The position numbers and the translations under genes were made by a program. From an uncultured bacterium (lineage in GTDB: Bacteria; Omnitrophota; Omnitrophia; JAHJGZ01): DNA of 55,850 nucleotides. The DNA lies in the NCBI GenBank assembly GCA_964558015.1, contig CAZLCT010000003.1:1-55850 (forward strand), written 5' to 3'. Positions within the stretch are counted from its first letter, which is position 1, and each line of letters opens with the position of its first letter. This document shows, piece by piece, positions 9,441 to 19,317 of this stretch. The notes below the pieces were generated by a model that saw only the letters and a program-made list of their open reading frames with translations, had not been told where the DNA came from and made no database searches.

Positions 9441-10703
9441 ATGCAAAAAGAAGTTAAAAATAAAGAGCAAATGAATTTCAACATGCTTAATCAAGCATTT
9501 CAGGCTTTTAGTGCAACAACGACAAAATTTCAGGAAGCATATAATAAGCTTCAGGAACAAATTGCATATTTATCAAAAGAACTTGCAGAAAAAAATGCCG
9601 AACTTAATCGTAATGTTATCGAACTTGATCAAACTCAAAAATATATAAATAATATATTAGAGAATATCTCGGATGGTGTGATAGCTTTGGACCTAAAGGG
9701 GAAAATTACAACATTCAATAAAGCGGTACAAACAATGACTAATTATACAGCCGCTGAGATACTTAATAAACGGTACGATGAAATATTTTTAACTCAAGAA
9801 AAAGGTTCAGATTTAATAAATGATGTTATACAGGGAAGAGTTTTACCTGATGGACATGAGACTACTATTAAAAGTAAATCAGGGGAAGATATTCCGGTCA
9901 TTGCTTATACTGCTCCTATTACAGATGAACATTCTCAAATTATCGGAATTGTTGTGACGTTTAATGATTTATCAAAGATAAAACAACTTGAAGAGGAGAT
10001 TGAGAGGGCAAAGAGGTTGGCAGCATTAGGTGAAATGGCTGCCGGCGTTGCGCATGAGATTAGAAATCCATTAGGAGGAATAGAAATGTTTGCCTCTATA
10101 TTGGAACGGGAATATATACATAATGAAAGGGAAAGGAAGATTATACAAAGCATACTCAAAGGAGTAAGAAGTTTGGATAAAATAATATCCGAATTATTAT
10201 CATTTACTAGATCTTTTGGTAAATCAGATTTTCAGAATGTTGATTTAATTGATTGTATTGAGTCATCGATTGAATTTGCATCTCAGGAATTTGATAAAAA
10301 GATGATAAAAGTATGTAAGAAATATTCTACAGGGCAATCTATTATTGTATTTGGTAATGGGGATCAGTTAAAGCAGGTGATGTTAAATTTTTTACTTAAC
10401 GCTGCGCAAGCGATATCACATGAGACAGGCATTGTAGAGATTTCATGCTCTCCTTATTACCGTGAAGGATACGTTGTTCTTGTAATAAGTGATAATGGTG
10501 AAGGTGTTAAGAAAGAACATTTAGAAAAAATTTTCGACCCTTTTTTTACAACCAAGTCAAAAGGAACAGGACTGGGTTTAGCAATATCGTATCGAATTAT
10601 TGAGGAACATGGCGGAAAAATAACGGTGGAAAGTAAAGAAGATACTGGAACGCGTTTTTTAGTCCGTTTACCTTTAAAACAGAAATTTATGAATAAGGTG
10701 TGA
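9441..10703 (+). CDS. cytoplasmic PAS-domain sensor histidine kinase (NtrB / FlgS / FleS-like)
   Basis: No TM segment. Coiled coil plus PAS region, H-box AAGVAHEIRNPLGG, and ATPase G-boxes DNGEGV and GTGLGLAIS. I prefer ATG 9441 (RBS aagaagga 8 nt upstream) over the track GTG at 9435. Confidence 0.9.
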   Translation: MQKEVKNKEQMNFNMLNQAFQAFSATTTKFQEAYNKLQEQIAYLSKELAEKNAELNRNVIELDQTQKYINNILENISDGVIALDLKGKITTFNKAVQTMTNYTAAEILNKRYDEIFLTQEKGSDLINDVIQGRVLPDGHETTIKSKSGEDIPVIAYTAPITDEHSQIIGIVVTFNDLSKIKQLEEEIERAKRLAALGEMAAGVAHEIRNPLGGIEMFASILEREYIHNERERKIIQSILKGVRSLDKIISELLSFTRSFGKSDFQNVDLIDCIESSIEFASQEFDKKMIKVCKKYSTGQSIIVFGNGDQLKQVMLNFLLNAAQAISHETGIVEISCSPYYREGYVVLVISDNGEGVKKEHLEKIFDPFFTTKSKGTGLGLAISYRIIEEHGGKITVESKEDTGTRFLVRLPLKQKFMNKV

Positions 10704-10707
10704 TTGC

Positions 10708-12096
10708 ATGGCGAAAAGAAAAGTCTTAATTGTAGATGATGAACAGATAATGCGGGATTCAATTAAAGAAGCACTTATATCAACTGATCATATGGTTACG
10801 GTTGCTGAAGATGGAAATAGAGCAAGGGAGATTTTACAGCGTTCTGACTTTCATGTAGTTATTAGTGATATTAAAATGCCTGGATTAAGTGGTCTTGAAT
10901 TGCTCAAATACGTTAAAGAAGTTGCGCCTGATACGTTGGTTATATTAATGACTGCGTTTGGGACTATTGAGTCAGCTATTGAAGCAATGAGAGAAGGGGC
11001 TTTTGATTATATTACAAAGCCTTTTTCCATTGATGTAATTGAAGTTGTATTAGAGAAAGCTTTTAACCACATTGATATTGTTTTAGAAAATAGATATTTA
11101 AGAAATACTTTAGAGGATAAATTCAATCCCTGTAACTTTATAGGTGAACATAAATCCATGAAAGCAACTTTCGATATTATTCGTAAGGTTGCTCCTTCTC
11201 GGGCAACAGTTCTTGTAACCGGAGAGAGTGGTACTGGCAAAGAGCTTGTAGCAAGGTCACTTCATTATTTAAGTCCCCGTAAAGGGCGCCCTTTCATAAA
11301 GGTGAATTGTGCTGCTCTATCATCCAGCTTGTTAGAGAGTGAACTTTTTGGACATGAGAAAGGGGCTTTTACAGGTGCTTATACGAAAAAGATTGGAAGA
11401 TTTGAATTAGCAGATGGTGGAACTGTTCTTCTTGATGAAATTAGTGAAATTGGTATTGGTCTTCAAGCCAAATTGCTTCGTGCTTTGCAGGAAAAAGAAT
11501 TTGAACGGGTCGGAGGTGTTAATTCCATTGATGTTGACGTTCGCATAATTGTTACTACAAATAGAGATTTAGAGAAGGCTGTGCGTGAGGGCACATTCAG
11601 AGAGGATTTGTATTATCGTCTTAATGTTGTTCCTATAAGATTGACTCCACTTCGTGAGAGAAAAAGTGATATACCTCTTTTAATGGATTTTTTTCTTAAA
11701 AGATATGCTAAGGAAAACAATAAAAAGATTGTTGGTTTTGAGCCCGAGGTATATGAGAAACTCAAAATTTATGATTGGCCTGGGAATGTTCGTGAACTCG
11801 AAAATATCGTTGAACGTGCTGTCGTTTTATCGAACGGAGAATTATTGGTGAAAGAATATTTTGATGTTGGTTATGCACATGAGCGGACTTTGATTAATAA
11901 TTATATTGCGGCTGAACAATCATTGTTTGCGGAAAATGTTATGCCTTTGTTTGAGATAGAAAAGAAGTATATCCTTCATGCACTTTCAAAGTTTAATGGG
12001 AATAAAACACGGGCCGCTAAAGCTCTTGATATAAGTGTACGGACATTACGTAATAAGCTTGATGAATATAAGCAGACTGATCTTATTAAAGTATAG
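10708..12096 (+). CDS. sigma54-dependent response regulator (REC-AAA+-Fis HTH; FlgR/FleR/FlrC-type)
   Basis: REC domain (VLIVDDE, VISDIKMPGLSG), Walker A GESGTGKE, the sigma54-contact loop GAFTGA, and a C-terminal HTH TRAAKALDISVRTLRNKL. Confidence 0.92.
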   Translation: MAKRKVLIVDDEQIMRDSIKEALISTDHMVTVAEDGNRAREILQRSDFHVVISDIKMPGLSGLELLKYVKEVAPDTLVILMTAFGTIESAIEAMREGAFDYITKPFSIDVIEVVLEKAFNHIDIVLENRYLRNTLEDKFNPCNFIGEHKSMKATFDIIRKVAPSRATVLVTGESGTGKELVARSLHYLSPRKGRPFIKVNCAALSSSLLESELFGHEKGAFTGAYTKKIGRFELADGGTVLLDEISEIGIGLQAKLLRALQEKEFERVGGVNSIDVDVRIIVTTNRDLEKAVREGTFREDLYYRLNVVPIRLTPLRERKSDIPLLMDFFLKRYAKENNKKIVGFEPEVYEKLKIYDWPGNVRELENIVERAVVLSNGELLVKEYFDVGYAHERTLINNYIAAEQSLFAENVMPLFEIEKKYILHALSKFNGNKTRAAKALDISVRTLRNKLDEYKQTDLIKV

Positions 12097-12136
12097 TAAT
12101 TTTTTCCTACTAAGCCAATATAGGGAATAAAGAAAT

Positions 12137-12151
12137 AGGAAAATTTTTCCT
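12137..12151. promoter_or_regulatory. palindrome AGGAAAA-T-TTTTCCT, candidate enhancer (UAS) for the sigma54 activator
   Basis: 7-1-7 palindrome about 97 nt upstream of the -24 element. A further TTTTCCT half-site occurs at 12103-12109. Confidence 0.25.
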
Positions 12152-12239
12152 TTCTTTAACTAAATGGTATTATGGAAAATTTGAGCAGTATTAAGTTATT
12201 AGCTACCAACGACTTACATTTTAGGACAAGAGACGTCTG

Positions 12240-12255
12240 TGGCACACAATTTGCT
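12240..12255 (+). promoter_or_regulatory. sigma54 (-24/-12) promoter TGGCAC-N5-TTGCT driving flgB and downstream genes
   Basis: tggcac acaat ttgct matches the TGGCAC-N5-TTGCW consensus exactly. GG at 12241-42 and GC at 12253-54. It lies 22 nt upstream of the ATG at 12277, and a sigma54 activator is encoded immediately upstream. Confidence 0.75.
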
Positions 12256-12276
12256 ACTAATAAAACGGTGAAAAAT

Positions 12277-12681
12277 ATGTCCATATTTGACCGTACTCCC
12301 ATAACGTGTGCAAAAAATGTGTTGGATTATGTAACAACCCGGCAAAAGGTTGTTACTTCTAATGTTGCAAATGTAAATACACCTGGTTATAAGACGAAGG
12401 ATGTTTCATTTAATAGTGTTTTGCAAGCTAAGAATGATAAATTGCGTCTAGGTCTTCGGTGTACACATGAGAAACATTTTAAAAAGCCTCTTGAAGATAC
12501 TGAAGGGGTGGAAACGTTTTATGCCTATTCCCCCGTAAACACAAAAGATGGGGTAAACGATGTTGATATCGATAAAGAAATGCTTAAATTAGGTGAGGTT
12601 CAGACTTCATTTAATATATTTACCGAGTTATTATCCAGAAAATACCGCTCTATTCAAGGTATAATAAATGGAAACCTGTAA
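12277..12681 (+). CDS. flgB: flagellar proximal rod protein FlgB (134 aa)
   Basis: VTSNVANVNTPGYKTKDVSF rod N-terminal motif. The start is moved from the track position (12172) to the in-frame ATG 12277, because the sigma54 promoter lies inside the 35-codon extension and that extension has no FlgB-like sequence. Confidence 0.88.
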   Translation: MSIFDRTPITCAKNVLDYVTTRQKVVTSNVANVNTPGYKTKDVSFNSVLQAKNDKLRLGLRCTHEKHFKKPLEDTEGVETFYAYSPVNTKDGVNDVDIDKEMLKLGEVQTSFNIFTELLSRKYRSIQGIINGNL

Positions 12682-12700
12682 AAATTAAAGAAGGTTTATT

Positions 12701-13114
12701 ATGAGCGATAAATTTATAACCCATTTTGATGTAAGTGCATCCGGATTAACTGCTGAACGAACTCGCATGAGAATCATTGCAAGTAATATTGCAAATGTTA
12801 ATTCTACTAATTCGGTGGAAGGGGGACCATATAAAAGACAAGCTGCAGTTTTAGAATCTTTTAAAGTGCCTAATTCGGGACTTGAGCAAGGTGTACATAT
12901 TAAGGAAATTGTCACTGATACCTCGGCACCTCGCTTAGTATATGATCCTGAACATCCTGATGCGAACGCTCAGGGTTATGTAGCATATCCTAATGTAAAT
13001 CTTGTTAAGGAAGTAACTGACATGAAAACAGCAACAATGGCATATCAAGCAAACATAACTGCAATTAATGCAACAAAACAAGTTATTTCCCGCTCCCTTG
13101 ATATTGGGAGATAA
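12701..13114 (+). CDS. flgC: flagellar rod protein FlgC
   Basis: SASGLTAERTRMRIIASNIANVNST at the N-terminus. C-terminal GYVAYPNVNLVKEVTDMKTATMAYQANI. Confidence 0.93.
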   Translation: MSDKFITHFDVSASGLTAERTRMRIIASNIANVNSTNSVEGGPYKRQAAVLESFKVPNSGLEQGVHIKEIVTDTSAPRLVYDPEHPDANAQGYVAYPNVNLVKEVTDMKTATMAYQANITAINATKQVISRSLDIGR

Positions 13115-13147
13115 TATTTTTAAATAGGAATACAAAGGAGAAGTTTT

Positions 13148-13459
13148 ATGGATGGGGTTCATGGTAATGAGTTACATATAAAACCGGTAATGCCTAATTC
13201 TATTCTTCCCGGTGCTGCAAAGAAAGTTTCCGGTAATGCTGATAAATCGTTTTTTAACATGTTGAAAGATTCTATTCATGAAATTAATGAACTCCAGGTT
13301 GATGCAAACGAACAAGTTGCAAAACTTTCTCGGGGAGAGATAAAAGATGTACATCAGGTTATGATAGCTGCCCAAGAGGCGAACTTGACCTTTTCTATGA
13401 TGATGCAGATCCGCAATAAAATTATTGATGCATACCAAGAAATCATAAAAATGTCATAA
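13148..13459 (+). CDS. fliE: flagellar hook-basal body protein FliE
   Basis: 103 aa. C-terminal VHQVMIAAQEANLTFSMMMQIRNKIIDAYQEIIKM is typical of FliE. Confidence 0.9.
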   Translation: MDGVHGNELHIKPVMPNSILPGAAKKVSGNADKSFFNMLKDSIHEINELQVDANEQVAKLSRGEIKDVHQVMIAAQEANLTFSMMMQIRNKIIDAYQEIIKMS

Positions 13460-13501
13460 TTAATTATTTAGTATAATTTTTATAGAAGGGAGTATTTACT
13501 G

Positions 13502-15031
13502 ATGGATTTTTTGAATCAATTATTTTCACAAATAAAGTCAATTTATGTGAAGATGACCACTTCTCAGAAAATAAGCTTTATATTGGTTATAGCATCCATC
13601 GGTATATGTCTTGTAGTTGTTTTCCTATGGTCGGCGAAACCGGATTATGTTGTATTGTTTTCAAACCTCTCCACAGATGATGCTGCAAAAATTCATACGA
13701 AACTCGGCGAACTACAAGTTCCATATAAAATTGTTGGTACCACTATTGAAGTTCCTTCCAAGCATGTATATGAAACACGGTTATTATTGGCAAATGAGGG
13801 ATTGCCAAAAGGATCTTACGTTGGCTATGAAATGTTTGATAAAGTAAGCCTTGGACAAACAGATTATCTGCAGCGTCTTAATTTTCAACGTGCCCTTGAA
13901 GGAGAACTCTCACGTACTATCAGTTCGCTTGAGACTGTTGAATTTGCACGTGTTCATCTTGTAATTCCTAAACCGACGATTTTTAGCGAAAAAGAAGAAA
14001 AAGTTTCTGCTTCGGTTATTATTACAACAATGGGTGGATCTACTTTAGCGAAAAAGAATGTTTTGGCTATTACGCACCTTGTCTCATCAAGTGTAGAAGG
14101 ATTGGAACCTAGCGAAGTAACAATTATTGATTCAAGTGGAAATTTACTTTCTAGTGAGGTTGAAGATAATATAGCTGTTAGACTAACCAGTTCTCAATTG
14201 GAAGCTCAGCAGAATATCGAAAGATATTTAGAAAATAAAGTTTCGACCCTTTTAACAGGCGTTTTAGGTCCAGGTAAAGCTATTGTTCGTGTTTCTGCCA
14301 ATATTGATTATAGTCAGGTGGAGAAGACCAAAGAAAGTTTTAACCCTGAAAGTCAAGTAGCGCGCTCTGAAAATAGGATAGAAGAGACCACAAACAGTGA
14401 AGAAGGTAACGGTGGATCGGTCGAAAAGACAATTACTAATTTTGAAATAGATAAGGTTGTTGAGCATATTATTGGAGCAACAGGTAGCATAAAAAGACTA
14501 TCGCTGGCAGTGGTTATAGACGGGACATATAGGTTTGAAGGGGAAGGGAAAAAAAGAGAGCGTATATATGTCCCGCGCAATGAGGAAGAAAAAGCATCGA
14601 TACGAAAACTTGTTATATCTTCCATTGGAATTAATGAACAAAGAGGTGACACTCTTGAAGTAGTAAATATTCCGTTTGATACCTCCTATCTTGAAGAGCA
14701 ACGAAAGCAACTTGATGAGATGCGGCGTTACGATAATATAAAAATATTTTTGCAACAGTGGCCGTGGCTTATTGTAATAATTATTTTTATTGCATTGTTT
14801 ATTTCATTGCAGAGAATTATTTCTCAGGCATCACTTACACGTGTTTCGATTTCCGGTCCGCGTGGACGAAGGGGCGAAAATTTATATGATCAGATGCGTG
14901 AGGAAGAAGGATCAGAACTTCGCCCAGAGAATATAGTGCGAGACAGGGTTGAAAAGGAAGTCGTTAGATTAGCGTCACAAAGCCCTGATGCGGTGGCAAA
15001 AATTATTAAAGGATGGTTAGCAGAGGGTTAA
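13502..15031 (+). CDS. fliF: flagellar MS-ring protein FliF
   Basis: N-terminal TM (ISFILVIASIGICLVVVFLW), the YVVLFSNLSTDDAAKI...L motif, a second TM near the C-terminus, and position after fliE. Confidence 0.93.
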   Translation: MDFLNQLFSQIKSIYVKMTTSQKISFILVIASIGICLVVVFLWSAKPDYVVLFSNLSTDDAAKIHTKLGELQVPYKIVGTTIEVPSKHVYETRLLLANEGLPKGSYVGYEMFDKVSLGQTDYLQRLNFQRALEGELSRTISSLETVEFARVHLVIPKPTIFSEKEEKVSASVIITTMGGSTLAKKNVLAITHLVSSSVEGLEPSEVTIIDSSGNLLSSEVEDNIAVRLTSSQLEAQQNIERYLENKVSTLLTGVLGPGKAIVRVSANIDYSQVEKTKESFNPESQVARSENRIEETTNSEEGNGGSVEKTITNFEIDKVVEHIIGATGSIKRLSLAVVIDGTYRFEGEGKKRERIYVPRNEEEKASIRKLVISSIGINEQRGDTLEVVNIPFDTSYLEEQRKQLDEMRRYDNIKIFLQQWPWLIVIIIFIALFISLQRIISQASLTRVSISGPRGRRGENLYDQMREEEGSELRPENIVRDRVEKEVVRLASQSPDAVAKIIKGWLAEG

Positions 15032-15034
15032 TTA

Positions 15035-16078
15035 ATGGCTGATAAAGGTAAAGATATTAGTTCAGAAATTTCAAAACATATGACAGGGAAACGAAAAGCC
15101 GCACTGCTTTTAGTCTCATTAGGCCCTGAAATATCTACCAGCGTACTAAGAAAATTAGATGATAATCAAATCGAAGACGTTACTAAAGAAATTGCCGATA
15201 TAGGGTTTGTTGATGAAGGTGATAAAGTAAAAATTTTTAATGAGTTTAAGGAAGCTATCAAAGAGCATGGAATACTTTCAGAGGGAGGGATGGCTTATCT
15301 TAAACAAATTTTGGAAAAGGCAATGGGGCCTCATAAAGCACGGGATATTTTGGAGAAAATTTATGCTGGCAAAGAAAGTTATCCGTTTGATGTGCTGCGT
15401 GAAGTCGATCCGGGCCAGATTCTAAACTTTATACAAAACGAGCACCCACAGACTATAGCACTGATTATGGCATATTTGCGGCCTGAGCAAGCTGCTGAAA
15501 TTTTATCTAAGCTTCCCCATGAAAAAAAGGTTGAAGTTATAAAGCGCATTGCATTGATGGATCAGACAGCGCCGGATGTTATTAAAGAAATTGAAGGAAT
15601 GTTGCATAAGAAAATAGCGTCTGTTACAAGTGAGGAATTTTCAGTTGCCGGTGGAGTAAAGTCTGTTGCTGAAGTTTTGAATCGTGCTGACCGGGCTACA
15701 GAAAAGAGTATTTTGGAAGCACTTGAGGAAGATAATCCGGAAATTGCAGATGAGGTTAAAAAATTAATGTTTGTATTTGAGGATATTATATTAGTTGATG
15801 ACAGAGGCATTCAATCTGTTCTGAAAGAGATTGATAATAAAGAACTTGCCCTTGCATTAAAAACTTCGTCTGAAGAACTGAAGGAGCATATATTCCGTAA
15901 TATGTCAAAAAGAGCCGTTGAAGGAATTCAGGAAGAGATGGAATACATGGGGCCAGTTCGTCTTAAAAATGTAGAAGAAGCACAACAAAATATTGTTGCT
16001 GTTGTCCGCAGGTTAGAAGAAGCGGGTGAAATCGTTATTTCTGGCCGTGGCGGTGGGGAGGATGAAATCATTGTCTAA
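15035..16078 (+). CDS. fliG: flagellar motor switch protein FliG
   Basis: KAALLLVSLGPE, EVKKLMFVFEDI and a C-terminal charged torque helix region. Position after fliF. Confidence 0.95.
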   Translation: MADKGKDISSEISKHMTGKRKAALLLVSLGPEISTSVLRKLDDNQIEDVTKEIADIGFVDEGDKVKIFNEFKEAIKEHGILSEGGMAYLKQILEKAMGPHKARDILEKIYAGKESYPFDVLREVDPGQILNFIQNEHPQTIALIMAYLRPEQAAEILSKLPHEKKVEVIKRIALMDQTAPDVIKEIEGMLHKKIASVTSEEFSVAGGVKSVAEVLNRADRATEKSILEALEEDNPEIADEVKKLMFVFEDIILVDDRGIQSVLKEIDNKELALALKTSSEELKEHIFRNMSKRAVEGIQEEMEYMGPVRLKNVEEAQQNIVAVVRRLEEAGEIVISGRGGGEDEIIV

Positions 16079-16766
16079 ATCTAAAATCATTAAAAGCGAG
16101 CATGCATCGTCAAAAGAAAGTCAATTTGATATATTTTTTTCCGAGGAACGATTGATAGGTGATAGTCACATACAAAAAAAACATCAAACTTCCCTGCGGC
16201 AAATTAAGCAACGTGCAGAGGAAGAGGCGCAAAAAATTATTAATGAAGCAAAAAAACAATCAATTGTTGAACAACAAAGCGGATTCGAAGAGGGATTGCG
16301 TAAGGGTTTAGAAAAAATAAAAAATTTAGAGCAGATATTGACGAAGCTTATTGAGGAGATCAAGGATTTTAAAAAAAACCATTTGTTGCAAATAGAACCC
16401 GAGGTTGTTAATTTAAGCATGAATATATGCAGCAAGATTATTAAAGATAAGCTCGAGAGTGATAGAGAAATTGTTATTCGTAATATTCGAGCTGCCTTTA
16501 AAGAATTAACTGATAAAGAATATATAAAAATTCGTATAAATGCCGACGATCTAGCTTTGGTGCGTGAATTTAAGCCAGGCCTTTTAGAAATGTTTCATGA
16601 AATAAAAAAGCTTGAAGTTGTTTCTGATGATTGTGTAGATAAAGGGGGATGCATTATTGAAACGAATGAAGGAAGTGTAGATGCAACAATAAAAACACAG
16701 ATGAAGAAATTATATGAGTTAATAACAAGCGAAATCTCTACTTCACATGTTCATTTAGTGTCATGA
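16062..16766 (+). CDS. fliH: flagellar export ATPase regulator FliH
   Basis: C-terminal GGCIIETNEGSVDATIKTQMKKL, with a coiled-coil centre. The start is uncertain: the track uses GTG 16026, but ATG 16062 gives an MKSLSKSKIIK N-terminus typical of FliH and a shorter overlap with fliG. Confidence 0.85.
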   Translation: MKSLSKSKIIKSEHASSKESQFDIFFSEERLIGDSHIQKKHQTSLRQIKQRAEEEAQKIINEAKKQSIVEQQSGFEEGLRKGLEKIKNLEQILTKLIEEIKDFKKNHLLQIEPEVVNLSMNICSKIIKDKLESDREIVIRNIRAAFKELTDKEYIKIRINADDLALVREFKPGLLEMFHEIKKLEVVSDDCVDKGGCIIETNEGSVDATIKTQMKKLYELITSEISTSHVHLVS

Positions 16767-18103
16767 TTGAAAAGATTAATTTTAAAAAGTATGTTGATAA
16801 AATTGATGAATCAACATTATATACTTTTGAAGGTACGGTTAAACAAGTAGTTGGATTATGCATAGAAGCGAATGGCCCGTCAGTTTCTGTAGGTGACCTT
16901 TGTTATATTAATACAAACGGTGATAATTATTTAAAAGCTGAAGTTGTTGGCTTTACTGATAATAGAGTATTATTAATGCCGCTGGGCGATATGCATGGCA
17001 TCAGACCTGGGGCACGTATAATTTCGTACCGGAAGCCGTTAACAGTAGGCCTAAGCAATAAACTTTTAGGAAGGGTGGTAAATGGCCTGGGTGAGATAAT
17101 TGATGGCGGGGAAAAGTTATTCTTTAATGATGAATATACTATCAATAATCGTCCCCCAGATCCTCTCTCACGAAAAAAGATTGATAAACCATTGGAGACA
17201 GGCATTAGTTGTATCGATGCTCTTTTAACTGTTGGCCGTGGTCAGAGGATGGGAATTTTTTCTGGTTCGGGGGTTGGAAAAAGTTCTTTGCTTGGAATGA
17301 TTGCTAGATATACTGAAGCTGATGTTGCTGTAATTACATTGGTCGGTGAACGTGGAAGAGAGGTTAAGGAATTTCTTGAAAATGATCTTGGTGAAGAAGG
17401 CTTAAAAAAATCCGTTGTTATTGTTTCAACAAGTGATCAACCGGCTTTGATTAGATTAAAAGCATCGTTGGTTGCGACTACAATAGCAGAATACTTCCGT
17501 GATCAGGGTAAAGATGTAGTGTTGATGATGGATTCGATAACACGGGTTGCTATGGCGCAACGGGAAATCGGACTTGCTATCAATGAGCCACCAACTACAA
17601 AGGGATATACTCCTTCAGTTTTTTCATTTTTGCCGAAGTTATTAGAGCGGTCCGGTACATCTGAAAGGGGGAGTATTACAGGATTTTATAATATTCTAGT
17701 TGAAGCTGATGATATGAATGATCCTATTGCTGATACTGCGAGGTCTATTTTAGATGGTCATATTGTTTTATCACGGCAATTAGCTCATGCGAATCATTAT
17801 CCTGCGATTGATGTGTTAGGAAGTATCAGTCGTGTGATGATTAACATTGTTGGTAATGAGCATATTGATGCGGCAAGGAAGATTAGGGAGGTTGTTGCAA
17901 ATTACAAGGAAGCTGAAGATCTTATAAATATAGGGGCATATGTAAAAGGTACTAATGCAAATATAGATTTAGCAATTCAGAATATAGAAAATATCAAAAC
18001 ATTTTTAAAACAGAAGATAGAGGAGTCAAGGCGTTATCAAGATACAGTTAAAAGACTAATTGAAATTTCACATTATGAGACGACCCCTGAAAATAAACAT
18101 TGA
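16763..18103 (+). CDS. fliI: flagellum-specific ATP synthase FliI
   Basis: Walker A GSGVGKSSLLGMI and Walker B VVLMMDSITR. F1/T3SS ATPase architecture. Confidence 0.96.
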   Translation: MIEKINFKKYVDKIDESTLYTFEGTVKQVVGLCIEANGPSVSVGDLCYINTNGDNYLKAEVVGFTDNRVLLMPLGDMHGIRPGARIISYRKPLTVGLSNKLLGRVVNGLGEIIDGGEKLFFNDEYTINNRPPDPLSRKKIDKPLETGISCIDALLTVGRGQRMGIFSGSGVGKSSLLGMIARYTEADVAVITLVGERGREVKEFLENDLGEEGLKKSVVIVSTSDQPALIRLKASLVATTIAEYFRDQGKDVVLMMDSITRVAMAQREIGLAINEPPTTKGYTPSVFSFLPKLLERSGTSERGSITGFYNILVEADDMNDPIADTARSILDGHIVLSRQLAHANHYPAIDVLGSISRVMINIVGNEHIDAARKIREVVANYKEAEDLINIGAYVKGTNANIDLAIQNIENIKTFLKQKIEESRRYQDTVKRLIEISHYETTPENKH

Positions 18104-18839
18104 GATATTTTGCATAGTTGTCATTGTCTTAGTCTGTTCTTTGATAGAAATAGGGTGCATTGGAAAAAAAAACATAAGAAGGTATTTAATTGAAGCGGCA
18201 CGCTATGAAGAAAGCAGTAAATACAAGAAGGCTATTGGAGTATACAGAAATGCTATTGACGAGTATCCGCGCCATGCAGTTTTATATCATCGATTAGGAT
18301 ATGTGTATCAATTATTAAATGATTTTTCTCATGCAGAAGAGTCCTACTTAAAAGCGATCGATAATGATAACTTTTTAATAGATTCATATGTTAATCTGAG
18401 TGCTCTTTATTTTAATGAAGGACTCATAAGGCGGGGTAGGAATATTCTTGAAGAAGCATTAAGAGTTAATCCAAGCGCCTATTATGTTCACTTAAATTTA
18501 GCACAGATTTTATATGTGAAAGGAGAGGTTAAAAAAGCTATTGAGCATTATCACATAGCACTCCAGCTTCGTAAAGATGATCCTGTGCCATGCTATAACC
18601 TTGGTGTTATATATTTTCAAGATAAAAGTTTTGGAAAAGCTATACAGTTTTTAGAGATGGCAATTGAACGTGATTCTTCATTTTGTAGCGCTTATGAACT
18701 TTTAGGCCTTATTTATGAGGAAAAAAATGATATTGAGAAGGCAGGTTGGTATTGGAAAAAGCGTGCTGATTACGGTAAAAAAAGCGATCCAATGACTCGT
18801 CTTGCAGCTCAGCATTATCGAATATTAATTCGGCAGTAA
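18075..18839 (+). CDS. small TPR protein with N-terminal hydrophobic / lipobox-like segment, inserted between fliI and fliJ
   Basis: IFCIVVIVLVCSLIEIGC N-terminus, then TPR repeats (AVLYHRLGYVYQLLNDFSHAEESYLKAI..., PCYNLGVIYFQDKSFGKAIQFLEMAI...). It overlaps the fliI 3' end. The start is ATG 18075 or TTG 18060. Confidence 0.75.
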   Translation: MRRPLKINIEIFCIVVIVLVCSLIEIGCIGKKNIRRYLIEAARYEESSKYKKAIGVYRNAIDEYPRHAVLYHRLGYVYQLLNDFSHAEESYLKAIDNDNFLIDSYVNLSALYFNEGLIRRGRNILEEALRVNPSAYYVHLNLAQILYVKGEVKKAIEHYHIALQLRKDDPVPCYNLGVIYFQDKSFGKAIQFLEMAIERDSSFCSAYELLGLIYEEKNDIEKAGWYWKKRADYGKKSDPMTRLAAQHYRILIRQ

Positions 18840-18858
18840 AGAATATTTTTTATATAAA

Positions 18859-19308
18859 ATGAAAAAATTTAAATTTCGATTAAAGAAGGTATTAGAACAT
18901 AAGGAAAGATTATACGATTTAGCACGTACCAGACATGCTGAGGCGGTTCAAGAACTCAGAAAAGAGGAGATGATACTTGAATCATTGCGCCGTGAATATA
19001 AAACATGCCTTTTTGAGCTTGCTGAGAAGACAAAAAAGATTTTCCGGGTTCGTGATCTGGGGCCTTACTATAGATATATGAGTTTTATTAAAAAAGAAAT
19101 TGTTCGACAGTCTAAGGTTGTTTCTCAAGCGCTGAGGAAAGAAGAGGCTCTCAGAAAAGAATTAATGCAAGCTTCAAAAGAGAAAGAAATATTAAATAAA
19201 TTAAAAGAGAAAAAATACAACGAATATCTGTACGCATTAAGGAAGGAAGAACAAAATTTCCTTGATGATATAACAGCATCTAAATATGCTCGGGGATTAA
19301 AAAATTAG
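18859..19308 (+). CDS. fliJ: flagellar export chaperone FliJ
   Basis: 149 aa, two-helix coiled coil, FKFRLKKVLEHKE start. Position after fliI. Confidence 0.85.
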   Translation: MKKFKFRLKKVLEHKERLYDLARTRHAEAVQELRKEEMILESLRREYKTCLFELAEKTKKIFRVRDLGPYYRYMSFIKKEIVRQSKVVSQALRKEEALRKELMQASKEKEILNKLKEKKYNEYLYALRKEEQNFLDDITASKYARGLKN

Positions 19309-19317
19309 GTAAGATAA

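Noticed and set aside
12172-12276. The 35-codon N-terminal extension of the flgB ORF as given in the track (start 12172)
   Set aside because: It contains the consensus sigma54 promoter and has no FlgB-like sequence. The in-frame ATG 12277 gives a normal-length FlgB.
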